NCBI GenBank assembly: GCA_965637545.1 | Contig: OZ281500.1 | Location: forward strand, 2,604,001 to 2,668,000 | DNA length: 64,000 nt | Direction: 5' to 3' | Source: Phallusia mammillata | Lineage: Eukaryota | Shown here: in pieces, positions 38,171 to 53,291 of the stretch | How positions within the stretch are numbered: the stretch's first letter is position 1 | How the letters are laid out: each line of letters starts with the position of its first letter | Program-made: the position numbers and the translations under genes | The notes under the pieces: model-generated | What the model was told of the DNA's origin: nothing | Seen by the model: the letters and a program-made list of their open reading frames with translations, nothing else | Databases searched by the model: none

Positions 38171-41100
38171 GTCTAATTGCTATCGGCGAAGTCACACATA
38201 TATTGAGCCAAGTGCACGTATAAACCATGTTCGTCTAACGTGTACAAATTCAAGCACCTCTCGATAATTAAAGCGTAAACTAACCATCAGTGAGCGCTAA
38301 CCCGACCAATAGCGCCAATGAACTGTAACAGTTATTAAATGGCGACCCTTCGCTAATTGCTTTGGCATTTGGGGACCGAAATAGGCCTGTTATTTATGGT
38401 TAACGAGGCGTTGATTGCTGTGCTCATAACTTCAAACGCTTTTGCCATGTTCAAAAAGCTTACTGGCCTACATACAGTGTTTGTTACGCATAATTTGGGG
38501 TGTCGCCGAAAACATTGGAGACGGTTTATAATTTCGTGACCAAGTTCAGAAAGTTGAACAATATGTTAGTAGATAATTTATGGTTTGCGCATAAAAAACG
38601 CGTGAAACTTTCAGTTTTATCAAGTGGCATTTGCATATGTTTTTTGGCAATGAACAATACGAAACTCAATGTCAGATATTTCCATATTTCACCTGAACGA
38701 AAACAGTTTTGAAACGTTGTGACCATTTTTTTGCTACTTTTCCAATACGCGAAAATTGCATTCACCCGTAATAGCTTCTTAATTATGACAATAATGCTTA
38801 GCAGCAACCAAATGAACTTAACTCAACTGTTAGCGGTGTACCTCACCCGAATAACGTCAACGTCCAATTGGAGTTTTTCTTCAAAACATTATCGTTGAAA
38901 AGGCGTACAAGGTAGAAGTATCGGGCGGCAGAGACGAGACACGTAAAGACAACAAAAAAGCAATTACAGTCTTGCCCTTTACAGCCAAAACATGAAACCT
39001 GTGTTTTCCAAAACACTCCTCGAACGTTGTTTACACCGGGTCCATTTCGGGTCGTTACCTACGTTCCTACTTTCATTATTGTTCCAGAAAAAGATTTTTA
39101 GCGATCTCGTAACATTGCCCACAAGCGGTCACGGTGACTTGCTTTCGAGTCCATTATTGCCTGTTTCGACTGGGGCGAACCCGGGCCCCCGCGGGGTGTA
39201 GATTTACCCCACCGCGAAACCCCGTCCGACCTCAGACACAGCAATGCTGCTAAAACGGAAGTTTGCCAACTTGTCGTTGTCTAGCAGCGACTGGCGGACT
39301 TTCGTTCTGCTAAAGCGTTCACTTGACCAAATAAAGCGCTGTGATTGGCGAAGTTAAATTTGGTATTTGTAACAACGCGCCTAAACACATTCTACACTTC
39401 GATAAAAAAAATTCGTTGCTTTGTTTTTGTTTAATGGTAACAATATGTTCTCCAATTTTATAGTTTGCTGTGATTAATTTAATCTCGATAGCATACAACT
39501 CAAAATGTTAATTTTGAAACTTGTGTACATGCAAGGAGGTCGTACATGCCTAGCAGAAACCATGTAATGAGATTGCTTCCTAATGAAAAAAGTATGTTTG
39601 CACTTCCGCTTGTCAAATTTTCGAGGCAAAAAAGGCATTTTGTTCTTCCTCGCGGTTGTACAGGTATTTGTTCAGACGGGAGAGGCAAATTACGGCGTTC
39701 TAACTTTCAGGTAGCGTGGTTCGACTTGCTGCGGTTAAGAAGATTATGTTCTCTGCATCAGGTGTGTATGTTTTGGGACAAACAAGCATTGGCCCGCTGA
39801 TCTCTACGACCACATGAGCGATAAATTGAACTCCCAGCGAACGACTTCTCGATGTTTCCACTCATAACATGAAACGCTTTGCTGGTTTTCCGTGAGTTTG
39901 CGAACATTTTATTCTTCAACCGACCTGAAAAGTTTACGTTTCATTGCGAGTTTTTCTTCAACAAAATTGTTTTTGTTTGAATCTCATATTCAGTTGCTGA
40001 AGTCAAAAGTTTGTTGTTGTTTAGCTGTAGATCTATCTCACTATAAAACTTGTTTTTTTGATTTATATTGGCATTTCAATATAGCACCCTGTTACCACTT
40101 TTTGTTTGTATCAAAAGCAGAAATTGAAACGTAGTTTATATTGCAGATAAATCATTCCTTGATTTTGTTTATAACGCCATCACAAAATTTCCTGAATTGT
40201 GTAGTATATAATTGGCAGATTTATTGAGTTATTTATTTTGCGAATCCATCTATATTGAATACCAAACGTTTCACATCATTCTTTTCTCTTTAAGGTTAGC
40301 TATGGCGAGATCCCCAGTTCGCTTCTGGCTAATTACCCTCAGAACGTTTTGCTGATATGTTTTTACGCTCATGTAAGTGCTAGGGCAGGCATCAAAAAGA
40401 CTGCGTTTTATATCTCGACAATTTATGAACAAAATAGGGACCAGTTCATTATGCTGACTGTTGAACGCTTTTCATGGTTTTTGATCAACCGAAGTTTATC
40501 AGCAAAACAACGAAATAGTGGACACGTTAAGGACCGTATAGGGCCTGTTTAAACTAACTGTAAACCTCTTTGCCTCATGCTGGTGAAAATTACGGACTTA
40601 TAGCATCTTCTTTCGATATGAACTGCACAGTATAGTTTTGGGCTGTAGCAATTAAGCGATGTCTCACAACGTTCTTTGGGTACGTGACCTTCAATAATTT
40701 GCTGTTTGTGCCCAAGGTCAACTGAAGGCGAATGTGGTTAGATACACAAGCAACGCAATTAGTTGCACGTTGTTACCTTATGACTGTATTTAGTCCCGAA
40801 ACAGAGCGTCGATTCTTATCTTTCTGTAATCCTGTATGGCTGGCCCCGCGAGCAATATGGAATCATGTACAATTCAACGAAATGTTTTGTTTGGTTTACC
40901 GCAGGCACGTCGGCGAAATACCAACAAACTCTACAAAATGTTGCAGTTATTTAGTGATGCTAGTCTTTTAACCCTATTGTATGTCTAAGTTGATATCTAT
41001 GTGATTTTGTTACAAGGGTTTCATATTTCCCATATTGCAGTGAAATAACATGAAACTTGAAAAAACGCCTAAACAGGGAGGGTTAACTTAAATGTATTCA

Positions 41101-41870
41101 GTGTTACAAGGGTAAACGAAGCACAACTGTTTCAAAGATAAGTCCTATGTCATCTGCTGATCGCCTTGCACAAAATTTATTGCGCAAGTGACATACAAGC
41201 AACCCAAAACTGACAAGTACGTTCGTCTTACTTCTTCGGTTCATCTGATGTGATGTCACCCGAAAATAGGCGCGTTTTGCCTTTCCGATGATGTAGTGTC
41301 GTATCTGCTTGCTTTACAATGCGGCCACTTGTGTTATACTTTGTATTCGCAGACCCGTAACCTTAAAGCATACATATTTAAACATTTCTACACTTAGACA
41401 TAGGTTTGGTTTCGTTCAAAATTGTGCGTGCATAAGATGCTGCATTGCGGAATGTGTAGTTTAAGTACTTTGAATTTAAAGAAGTTTTAAAGTAAGATTT
41501 GTTTTTTTATATTCCAAGCCCAATTAGGTATCGTTGATTACTGTATTTTCGTTTTTTTAACCAAATGGTGTCAATCAATTGATTGGAAAAATTTCTCCCA
41601 CTCAAGATTATCGTTGTAGCCTACAATGTGCTATAAAAAGCAAGATTTCTCGTAAATCAATATTAGAGACAATAAACTTGCTAGTAAAATTTTATTGATC
41701 TGATTTCATTGGTTGCTTTGAATTTAACGATATTGATTTGCCAAGTAAAACGTTTTTTGATTGGTTACTTAAACGTTTTACCAGATGCCAACGCCCGCAA
41801 TGTAAAGTTCAGCGACGGCCAGAAAAATATAAAATCTAGAACCTTGTGTAGAACATACCAAGTCGCAAAG

Positions 41871-42280
41871 CAATGTTGCCAAATACCAATAGCCCATTAT
41901 TTTCTTTTATGTGAAATCTACACACCGCAAACGCTTTGCCATTCTTTATTGAAATTACACGGACCAACATAGGATTGCTCTACGGTCAATATCTAGCAAT
42001 AAATGGCAATAAAACTTTTCCAGCTTCAGGTCATATACAAGTTATTACGAGCAATTCTTATTTAAATAAAATTTAAAACCACTTTGTCATGGCATATATT
42101 TTCTTGTGCAACTATAATTTTGCGGATTTTAAGAAAATCCCTTTTTTCTTCGCAAAAGTTACATCAAAATTTTTAATACAAAACATTTCTCATTTTCAGC
42201 TATTTGCCTTAGATTTGGCCATATAGCATCTTCGTTTATCGCCCACCAAAGCTGCTAATACATTAACGTGGCAACAACTG
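41871..42280. mobile_element. Degenerate MITE with CAGTGTTGCCA-type ends
   Basis: Ends CAATGTTGCCA / TGGCAACAACTG around an AT-rich core. No TSD retained. Confidence 0.35.
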
Positions 42281-45200
42281 GATGGCCTAGAATTTCTTGC
42301 GTCCATTAGTCGCCTCTAATTGGCTATTTCCTTTTCACAATTGACCAATCGTTGAGCTCTGCGGGTGCTCGCCATTGCTCGTGCGAAACCCTAATGCGCA
42401 ACGGATGGCCTTCGTCATGGGACTTGTATTGTTGAGTAACTGACTGTCTCATTTTGATGATTTTTCCCGGCTTGCGAAATGCCTTTGATCTCTTAGGGAA
42501 TTGCCAAATTAACTGGCTGTTTTTTCGCCTTTGTAAGTATGTTGTTACGTTTTTAGATGATTTCAATGCTCGCTTTGGGAGCAAGTGTTACTTCCTTGCT
42601 AAGTCCATTGACTTCCATCATATCCGAGTGTTGTGTGTTTTATTTTTGGTCTGTTTTTCCCGGTCTATAATTATCATCGCAGGAAATACGTTTGCTCTCA
42701 TGGTGAAACTCGTTTAATACCAAAGTCCGCTTTACTAGTCTGACCACTAGGTTTTTCATTGATGTTAATAAAGTGTTATGTCACTAATACATTTCTTCTG
42801 TAGTTCGTAAACTTGATTGTAGTACTGTATTTTTCCTAACTAAAACCTACATTTGTTCGTTTTCGTCAGTTGCTTAAAAAGTGGCACTACATAACGATAA
42901 TACTGGTGTATAACCACCATCTAAATATCGAACAATGCTGCTTATCCAACCAACTAGCTCCAAATCTTCTTAATCCCTGCCCTGCTCGTTTAAAAACAAA
43001 AGAAATCCCAACAACTCAGGGCCAAAATCTCACAAGCTTGTTTATTTGTTTAATCCGCCGCGGACCGAAGATTACTTTTCGATTAGCAGATCACGTGCCT
43101 TGTAACCACGACAACGGCCTGCTGCAAAAACATGCGATCGTCTTTGCCTGATGGACGCATCGTCATTGCTTTCGCGAGTGCGGTGGCGGAATTGTGACGT
43201 CACAAATCGCGTTGTTTGAAAACAATGGCACCATTGTGGTAGGCTTAGTGGGGTGTTGTTGTTTTTGCGAGCAACCGCAGTGTTATGTTAAAGTGGATGA
43301 GTGCTTCGTGTCGCACTGAGAGTGTCACTGATTGCGGTTTAAACTTTTATATCTATTCATCTCCATTCATTTTCTGGTATAACCATCGCGTTCGCCTATT
43401 GTACATAAGAAGCTTTTTGTGTTTAGTAGGCACGAGGCACAGGTTTTCTAACTGGGGTAAACTAAACATACTCGACAACGTTTTAAAGTTTGTTGGTGAA
43501 TAAATTTGGGGAAAAGGGGGTAATTTTTCATCAAGGCCGAGGAGAAGACAGAAAATTTAGGTGTAGATCCGTCAGTGTAGAACAGATGTTCCTAAGCGGT
43601 TTTATTGTTAAGCGTAAATAGATTTCATCTTCTTTTTAGCCGTTTTGTTGCAAATTAACCAACCAACTGGTCTCGTTGTTACAGCACATTGATTGGCGGT
43701 GGGAATATTTTTTAACATTTACTCTTACCATTTCCTCTTCTGCTAAAATGCTGAAAGGAGCCCTACCCTGTTCTGCACAAAACACCGACTTGATTTGAAT
43801 GAAAACAAAAATCGCGTTTGATCCTTGAGCGCCTTAAGCCGAGGATTTCAGTCCCATCTTACTTTGAGCATTTGACTCGAAAATGATCCGCTGACCGCAC
43901 ACCTGCTATGACGTAACAAGTCGTGTTGCCGGCGTCTTCTGTGACAAAGTTGAGTGGTTGGATTTTGCATTCCACGCATTTTCATGCCAGGCACGGCGAC
44001 TTCAAAACGCCGCTGGCGAATGCCTTGTTTGCGATAAAAGCGAAGTCGAATCGAGTTTTGGTTAACTTGAGCATTAAATAGCGATGGCACGCGTCGCAGC
44101 ATTTTCACATCGAGAGTTCTAAAAATTGAAAAACATCAAACCAGAAAATTACAATTTTATCAGTCTCATATCCGAGAACAAAATACGAAAAGCCAAACGT
44201 TTTTACTTGCTTTAACCGCCCAAATATTTTTTTTTTACTAACATAAATAAAATATGTACGAAACAATATTAAATTGCTATGTTCGTTTTTCAATGCTTGT
44301 AGAGAAAGAAGCCGTTTTCGCATGTCCTCTGATTTTGAGTTGAAATATGTTATTGGTCGTGACTTACTAAAACTGCCCGAGAACTCTTCACTTTGTTATG
44401 GAATATAGTTAAAGTTGCGAAGGGTCGTATATGTTTAGTTCAAACGCCGTTTAGCATGTAGTTGCGCATTTGTATACATTTGCATGTGCGGTGTATAATT
44501 TAAATTGTCAGGGTTGGAGGTGTAACTTTTATTTTTTTTCTACCACGATTCATAGTCCTGGGAGCAGTTAACACTCTTTAAAGACAAGAGGTGCCTTTGG
44601 CGTCGCATAAACACAAAACTCTGTCATTATATGCACGAAAATAGAGCAGCTATGGGTAAACAACTTTGAGGTGGCGTTCCCGCAGCACGAAATGACTTAG
44701 CAGTCCGCGAAATAATCCTCAGCGAAAGGAGAAACAGACTATGCGACCGCCTGACCAGTAATTACTGTATCGCCCTGGATTAAATACATCTGCTAGTTTT
44801 GGGATCAGCTTCAGCCGGTCCGGATCAGAAAGATCTTTGCAGCTAAAAGTCGCAGAAAATTGCACAATTTTAGGCAGAAGAAATTGCAAAGAAATTGAGT
44901 GTATGTGGAGGCGTTTGAAAATTCATAACCCACCATTTATGATGGTGATTTCTACGTTATGTCCTGGCATAAATCTATACACGTTTCATCTGTTGTGAAG
45001 TTTCAGATTTTGGTATGTTGTACTCATTTTTCATTCATTCTATTATTTTTACAGGTGTAGGTTATAGGGCTGCATGTAGATATAAAAACGTATGTGTTAT
45101 GTGATCCACTTCGAGTTGAAATCGTGTCACACTTTATCAACTTTGGGATGAAACGAAAATCAAGTCTGAACAGGAAATCGCTGTAACGATGTTGCACCAG

Positions 45201-48200
45201 GTTATAGTAGGTAGTTTAGAATTAAATATTGCTTACTTAACATTATACCTTAAGACAGGCTCAAGCTGTGCGAGATTTTTACAGCGTTAATGTGGTTGAA
45301 GGGGTGTTTAATCGTGAAGTGAGTATTTTGTGAAGTAGGCCTATTTCTAACAAAATTTCGTATGAACAGCAGGTGCAACTGGCAATTTAGAAGACAATCG
45401 ATACGTAAAGAAGGACTAAACCTAATCAACTGAACTCCACACTGTTAAGCCTCATTGCGAACCGTTCCTCTAACTGCCGTTAATCACCAAGGTGAAAAGA
45501 CCATCGTGATTGATGTACGAGCGAGCTGAAATCAAATCTTTTTCGAGCACAAGCACGACGTAACATAGCCGGGCCAGTTAGGTTTCCTGCTTGGCCAGAA
45601 CGGCCTCAAGTTCAGGACTCGCCTTGTTGATAGTCGTGGGTCACGCCACAGCAGAACTGTATAGATTCCGTGGCTATTAAAGTTTTGCCGAAACACTTTG
45701 GCGCAGCGTTTTGGACTAAGTTGCGGTCGAGACAACGATGCTCAGTTCATGCTTGTGTTTTCAACCATAACACCGCCCGAAAGTGTTGTCCTTGTTTTTG
45801 CCTCGGGGTTTGGGGGGGAGGGTGCAGCACGCGTTCGGTTTTTGTGATCCCCGTTTGCTCTTTCCGCATGTTGTCTGTTCTGCAAATACCGATGTACTGA
45901 CGAAGGGTTGTTGGTTAGATCTTCGCAAACGTTGAAAAGAGAACGTGGTCTCTTCTGTTTTGTAAAGATTAACCAAACTTGGACTCGCATTTAGGTTTTG
46001 CGAAAGTAAAAAGACAATGCGTTTTTCAACCAACGACAGAGCGCAATAAAATCATTTGACGGCGTTTCAGATATAATACTGTGTGTATAGTGCGAGTAAA
46101 AGAGATTTTTAGTTCTGAAGTGTTAAGTTGCCTTTTATCGCGCTTAGGCCTGTATTCTACATTAACGCTCTTCTTGACATATGACAAGGCTACACTGTAA
46201 TGAGTATGTGTATTTGAGTCTCAGGGTTGATTGCAATTGGTCACGAACTGCCCAATTATACGCCCTGCAAATTTACATAAGCAGCATATTGTACAGAAAA
46301 CATGCCGGTACGCAGCGCAAAAAATTGTGGTCCGCGAACGATTATCTGTGACGCAACGCCCTTGAAGAATTGCTGTGTATCATATAAACCCAAAACACGT
46401 TTATCAAACTCGTAGGGCCTGGCCCAACCCAACAACTTTCTTGATCTCCGATCTAGCGGTCCGCGATGTCCACGATTTGGTTTGTTATTTTAAGGGCTCG
46501 CGCACGCAATTAATTTAATCGCTCGCCACGTAGCCTGGGGCTTCTCTGGTGTGTTCTTCTGAATCTATTGTCGCTTTTACCGCGCTGTATTTTAGTGCGC
46601 AGGCAACGCAATAGCGGGGTGGCGGTAATTGGGCGCTTAGCTTGACGACGTTTAGCTTTTGTCTTGTCTGAAAAGTGACACTGATGGCCGATTTTGGCTT
46701 GACTTGATGCTTTACTAAGGGAGCACGATTTGCTGGAAATAAAGACTTGCTTTGCGAGTGGTTTGAAAGAGAATCTCATAGCCTGTCTCAAAGAAGACGG
46801 TTTTTGTTTGGTTCATGTGATCTCAGTTTCACAGGCGTGTTGTCCTACAGCGGACTTTGATGTGAAGATCTGTGCACATTTACTGTACGAAAAAAAACGT
46901 ACGTTGAATCTTGTGTTCAATTTGGCAACTAGATTAAAAAATGTTTGTTAACGTTATCGGCTGGATCAAAACGCACTAACTTTTGTTTTTTTACAGTAAG
47001 TTTCAGCACAAATTATCGCTATTGGTAGTTTTTTTTAATTGTAAAACTTGTTTTCTAATATGTCGTTGTGCCTCGTAAAATAATATCTAAACCAGTTTAA
47101 ACAGTTTTTTTTACAGTGCAGCACACAGTTGTGTCTGAACGTTTCGAGTTACGTTGTCTTTGTTATGAAGGTGAAAGGCTGTTTTGGAGCAGGCCTGCAT
47201 CAAATAAGGATTTTTATGCCTGGGCGATTGTTTTAGTTTTCTTGAGGATTAAGCAAGTTAGTTACAAGGTGGCGTTTGGCTTGCAAAAAGTCTTAGTCAG
47301 TAGATATCTTGTTTTGTAACCGTCCTGTAAAAAACAACACTTGTTGTGCACTGTGAAAACCCAGCTGGCGCAGGGGTGTTTGGTTTCAGTGCGAATCGAG
47401 TTGTTTCGGCGCGAATTGCCATTGTTTCAACTCTAAACACAGAAAGATGGCGCTTCGTGGATAAGTGGTGACTCACATGGCCCTAGGAGACCAAGAATCC
47501 TTGATTCATCAAACGAAACCCGCATAGCCGGTCTTAACTTTATAAGTTCGATTGATTTTTGTGAGCTTGCTTACCAGGTAGGTTGTTAGGAGACAGTTTT
47601 TAATGCGGGTATATTGTGTTTTGCTGCTGTACCAAACAGTTTCTTCGTTTTGCAAGCATAGACAGTACAGTTGACTGAGGGACTTGTATTTGCGAGTTAA
47701 GTTTTGTGACAGGTATATGGCCACATATTTATTTTCTAAAGCATTGAAACTGCCATAGAAACGTTGATGAGAAAATGTTGCTGTTTCAGCAACAGCGGAT
47801 TAGGCGTGGCAACAACCGTAACCCTAGTATTACCGATTGCTTTCAAATCAACAAGTTAATCTACTCCCCGCGCCTAGTCTTTGTGATTCTCCGAAAAACC
47901 ATCATCCCACGCATGTGAGAACCTAATCAGACCAACCAATTGCGTGTGGTCTTCTGCTGCGAGACTAGAATGACGTCACTGTGTCATGACTCGCCACACA
48001 GTAAACAGATTCGAAATCGGTCGAAAGGATCCGTTGGGTCTTTTCCAAACCCAGGCGAGTCTAGAATTTCGTGCAAGTCGAGTCACGCGCACTTGATTGC
48101 TTATTCGAGCGGATGAGAGCAAGAGCAGGTCCACGGACAAGGTCGGAGTGAAATTTAATATGCACGGATAGTTTACGCAGTGATTTCGACGCCGTGGTGG

Positions 48201-51200
48201 TCTTCTTGTGCATTATTTTCGCCAGTATTTTAACCGTGTACTCGTTTGGTGGAATTGGAGCAAGGTTTAGGAGAAGTTGGATAATTTCATGGTTTTGTCA
48301 TTTGTTTACTCTACTCAAGATTATAATTCGGGCTCCTTGTGCTCAAATTGGGCGATTGTTTTTGGTATAGTGACACACCCTGAAATTTTCGCGCTGTGGG
48401 CCTTTACGTGAATAGGCGCCCAAAAAATATCTCGTTTGTTTCAAAACAGTTTAAATACGCCTATTCTATATTAAGAGCTCAAATCAAACTGTGTTAAGAT
48501 TCGTTTGGCAGTTTATCAAAGGCCAGAATCTTCAGTGATCGCAAAAAGCGTTCTTTCATTTATTCACGGACGTTACGCCTTGCCGCTTATGTGACGTCAG
48601 CCGCCAAGTTTGTATGTCAATTGTGACGTCACTGGCCGTTATGTGACACCGAAGTGTTGGCACTTCGTCTCGCGCTGACAGAGGCGGCTCATGCGTTTTT
48701 AGAAATATTTGAGGAAAATCTGGCAAATGTTTAGCCCGCTGAAATTTCGCATATTTTAAGATTTAAAATATTGTTTGTTTTTTTCAATACTGTTGCCGAA
48801 TGTAAAACAAAATTTATGTAAAAAAATACAATTAAGGACCTTATTGTTAGTTGTTTATGAATCATAACGTGAAATGTGAGCGGCAAAAGAATATTGAGAA
48901 TGCCGTATGCACAACTGGTCGTTAAATTCATGTCGGATTAAAAAACTACCCAACACAAAGGAAATGTTTTTCGAATATTTTGCGAAAACTAAGTTGTCCC
49001 TTTAGCATTTGTCGGATGTTTGACCAAATGTCCGGTTTCAATACAAACGCGGAAATTCCGAGGTCCAAGACTTGTTGATGGTCCACAAATCGTCCCGCTG
49101 CCCTCGTTAAACTGTCCCTTTGTTTGATCGCTTGCCTCCCTCCTGTTTAGATTCGACTCATCTGCATTTTCGTTTTGTTTATTTTTGAGAGCGCGGCTTA
49201 AATTGAGGAGAATCCTATCTTATGTAAGGATCTCTCGAAACCTCGAGTTCGGAAAAAGGCGATTGCTTTCTTCTTTTCTCTCTCCGGTTGCTTCACTTTC
49301 TCTTTTTGTTGAGCGAGTCGTAACTTTACTTTAGATGCCATTGTGTGGTGGCTGCAGGGCGTCGTACGTTACGTGCTACTGATAAGTGATAACCGGTTAG
49401 AAATCAAATTACGTGAAAGCACTGAAGATCTTTACATAAAAGAAAATCTGAAACGGACATATGGCAAGAGTTTTTTGTGTGTGTTTTATTTCTTTGTTAA
49501 AGGCAGTTTTTCGTTATGTGAACGACACCATTTCAAGTTATGCCATTTTTTAAAGATTGTATAACGGTGCAAACACAACAAAAAATATTTCGACCCGTTG
49601 TTTGGGCAGATATCATTATGTAGAAAAATTTAGTTCAGAGTGCGACAATGCGCGCGAAACGAACTTTGCTTTGCAATTTGCCGAACATATGGAAGACAAG
49701 CGACGCTGTCAACAAGTCGCTGCTGGACAACACGCCGTTCCTGTTTTGCTCTAATTACGAGCTGGGCGATGTGCGGGACTGCTGGGGAATTCGCCCACAG
49801 CGATTCTCTGTCGGATTATTTGCGCTACTCGCAAGAAGGTCGTCATTAAAAGCTTGTCCAATCTGCTGTGAGCGGTTAAGAAGATTGCCGACTCTTTCGC
49901 GTTTTATGGCCGCCGCCTTTGCCTCGAGTGAGTGTCTCGCTGTGAGTTGGTTTGCGTTGTTTACGAGCGCGCTTGTTCGGTAAGTTGCGCCAGCACGGCA
50001 GAAGTGTCAAGTGATTTCGATAGTTTGCTGGTTTTCTGCAGTTTAGTGTGAAAAGTTTGACGATACAATACTGCGTGACGAGCGCGAAAGAATGTGAAAT
50101 TCCTTATTTGGCAGTCAATAGAAAGTGCAAAACTTTGTGGCTTAGTCGAGTTTAAAAAAATATGTTTTTTGTTGCTGGAACTGATTTACAGAGCAATAGT
50201 GTTAGGTTATTCACGCAGCTGAGTTAGAAGTTGCTATTAACAGTTGACTATCCTTTCTCGGTGCCCATTATAAAACAGAACTATTTCGCAGAACAGAAGT
50301 TAAACCAGCATGTCCCCCGTCAAGGAAGAATGCCCGCAAGAATTAAAGCAAGCCTTCACTGGCGGGGTGCTCGGTTGCCTAAACCCGGCTTCGTAACAGC
50401 CTTTTAAGATTGCTGTAAAGCGTGGAAAGGGTTCACAACAGGCCTTCGTTCCGCAACGCATGGGTTCACTCAACGAAAATGCCCTTATCACAGCGGGGGT
50501 ACTAACTTAAATCGGGTTACGCCAAGCATAGAAGAGAGCTACAGATTTAGTGGCTTCGGTTTTCGTTGGTGTCCAGTTGTGGCGGTTCTTCAGACGGTGC
50601 GTTTTGCCTTTAGATTTACTGAAAGTAAACCAAGTTTGCAACGAGGGGCAAGATATAGTAACAAGCTCCCAGTAGAATCTTGTTTCATAGATTTTAATAC
50701 ACTTTATTCAAAAGCATGCAATTTGTACTCGTCATCAAAATGGGGCCGTTGCTATAAGCTATCAGGTTAGTAGGCTAGACTTTACCGAGATATATTATAC
50801 AAAACTTTGTAATATTAGTTAAAGGAAATTTAGGCTACGCTATTTTTGTCAGTGTAATTTTGATTTTTTTTCGATAAAACGTTTGTAACAGTTTCTTTAG
50901 CGCCAAATTTTCAACAAGTCGTTCAGAACCAGTTGGCCATTTGTTTCACGGTCGCAATTTGTCCGCAAATATGTGAACTTTAGCCCACGCGACAGCTCTG
51001 TAGAGCGGAAGTGGAACGGGATGTGAAAATACGGCCGCCGCAGTAACTCACAAGTTTGCACGACTGCTAATGCTGCAGTGTTGATTCGCCGATTATAATC
51101 ATGCTGCTGCGATGGTTTATCAACGCACCGTTAAACAGAAGCCAAAGACTTTAGCGTTTTTGTTAAAGTTGCACTATGAAAACTACGTGGCAAAATATAT

Positions 51201-53291
51201 GCTGTGTTTCAAGTTGAATTGCAACATTACGAAGAGACATTTTTAGTTGCTGTTCGTTTTTTTAGATTGATAAAATAGCGAAAATGTTTGAATTGTAACC
51301 CAGTTTTATAGCCCAATTATCTTACGTTTGATTTTTGTTTTGTAGCCAAAAAAATATATGTGGAAATAGCCCTTTCTGAATTTCAATTTTTTCTGTATCA
51401 TAAGAAAACATAATCTTCTTTTTATGAAGCTCATAAACAGCCAGACAGCCTTGCGTTTGTTGTTGTTGGATCTTTTTGAAATCGTTAACCTTCAACGAGG
51501 CACAATATCTGCTTTCAAAAGCGATTTCTGGCGCCTTGTTTCATGCTCGTGCAAAAACAATGTGTATTTAACGGCGGTTTTCAATTTCTCAGGCCTACAA
51601 TAAAAAACGATTTCTCCACCCTCGGGCACGAGACTGTAGGAAAAGGTGACGAGCTTGCCTTGTGACGACTTTCCGTAAAGTAGTTACGACTTTAGTAAAC
51701 ACAGCTTGCCTTTAAAATCGTAAGCTATAAACCTTTTATTCTACTTTATAATGCTTAGCTCTGCAGCAAGCAGTAAATGCAAGGACGATGCTCTTGGAAG
51801 CAAGGTGGGTCGTTAACTGTGTTTTCTTGGTTTAACACCCGCCCTATGCCATCTTGCACGTAATCCTTTGCAACCGCATTTTGTGTTTGTTCCCACCGGA
51901 TGTAAATGGTTGTTGAGAAGTTTCACTTTGCAAGGAAGGACATTTGCTTTTATAGCAGACCGTTAATGGCTCTTCCGTGAGCAGGATTTGGAAGGCACGG
52001 TGATTGATGTTGAATGCAGGTGCAAAGTAAGCTAATGTACATAGACCATGCCAAGATCCAACATTTGGTGTCTGTATGTCGAACCAGTCATTAGATATGC
52101 ATCAATGGTTTGCAAATAGCCTACGTGTTATAATTTCCACGTCCAATGTTTCTAAAGAGGTTTATTTGTGTTAAAACACAATCAATAGACTATGCCGATT
52201 TCGCACGTCCGCACACCTTTTGTTCGTTTAAATGCAGTCAGTTTAAAAACTAGTAGCATTCGGCAACGTTGTCTTGTTTTTTTTAAAAATTTTTGAACCA
52301 TTTTTTTTAGTTTCGGCAAAGTATACGCAAAATTGTCATAATTCAAAATAACAAAAAAAGACAAAAATGTCGATTGTTGTGGACTAACGACAACGTTTTA
52401 CGGGACTTATTTGAGTCGGTTCACTCCGGGTTGAGAAGCGATTGTTGACAAAGAATGTGACCCCAATCCCGCTTCTCAGGGCGCCTATTGTTTCAACTCC
52501 AAAAATTTCAAGTGCTGTTTTCCCCGTCCGAGCTCTGGCAAACAACACTGCAAGTGACATTGGTGTACACAACCCCGCAGGAGCTAGTCACACTACTGTG
52601 ATGTTTACTCAAATCCTGATAGCAGTAAAATTGCACAGTGGCTCATTTAAGGCGTCTCCCTTGGTTGTGCTTATCAGCTCGTTGTTTCTTTGTTAACTCA
52701 GCAATTTCAGCCACCAGCAAGTAGCAACTTTGCTACCGTTTTGGCTCTGGGTGGTATGCAGCTTTATCTCTGTTACATTTTTCTACCAACTGCTATAACT
52801 CAAATATTTGTTTTTTGGTAAATGTTTTGCCATGACACCGTTCACAGCTACCATTGTTGTTTTAATCTCAACTATGTTATTAAAGGCAGTGTCTGGTGTG
52901 CTTAATGGTAGAAGTATGTTTTGGATGATTGTTACATTTTTACTGTTAAAACTTACAGAACAACTGTTGGCAGTTATATTAAAAATAATAGTAGCATATA
53001 ATTTTAATAAATCCTTATTCAAATGAAATGATAAATTGGCGATTTATTGGACTGTCGATGTAGTTGCCAAAGCCAGTGGCAGTTTTTGTTGCTTTAATGA
53101 TTAAATACAAAGTTTACAAAATTTCTGTATTGTTTTTGCAGATTCATTAACATTTAGTGTGTTATTAAAACTGTGGTTACAAAGCAAGGCTTAGTATTAA
53201 TTGCCCTTGCCACAAAACAGTGATGTAAAGAAAGAAAATTTGACACACATTTGCACATTGAAGCAAAAAAACGTTGCACAAAAGAAGGAAG

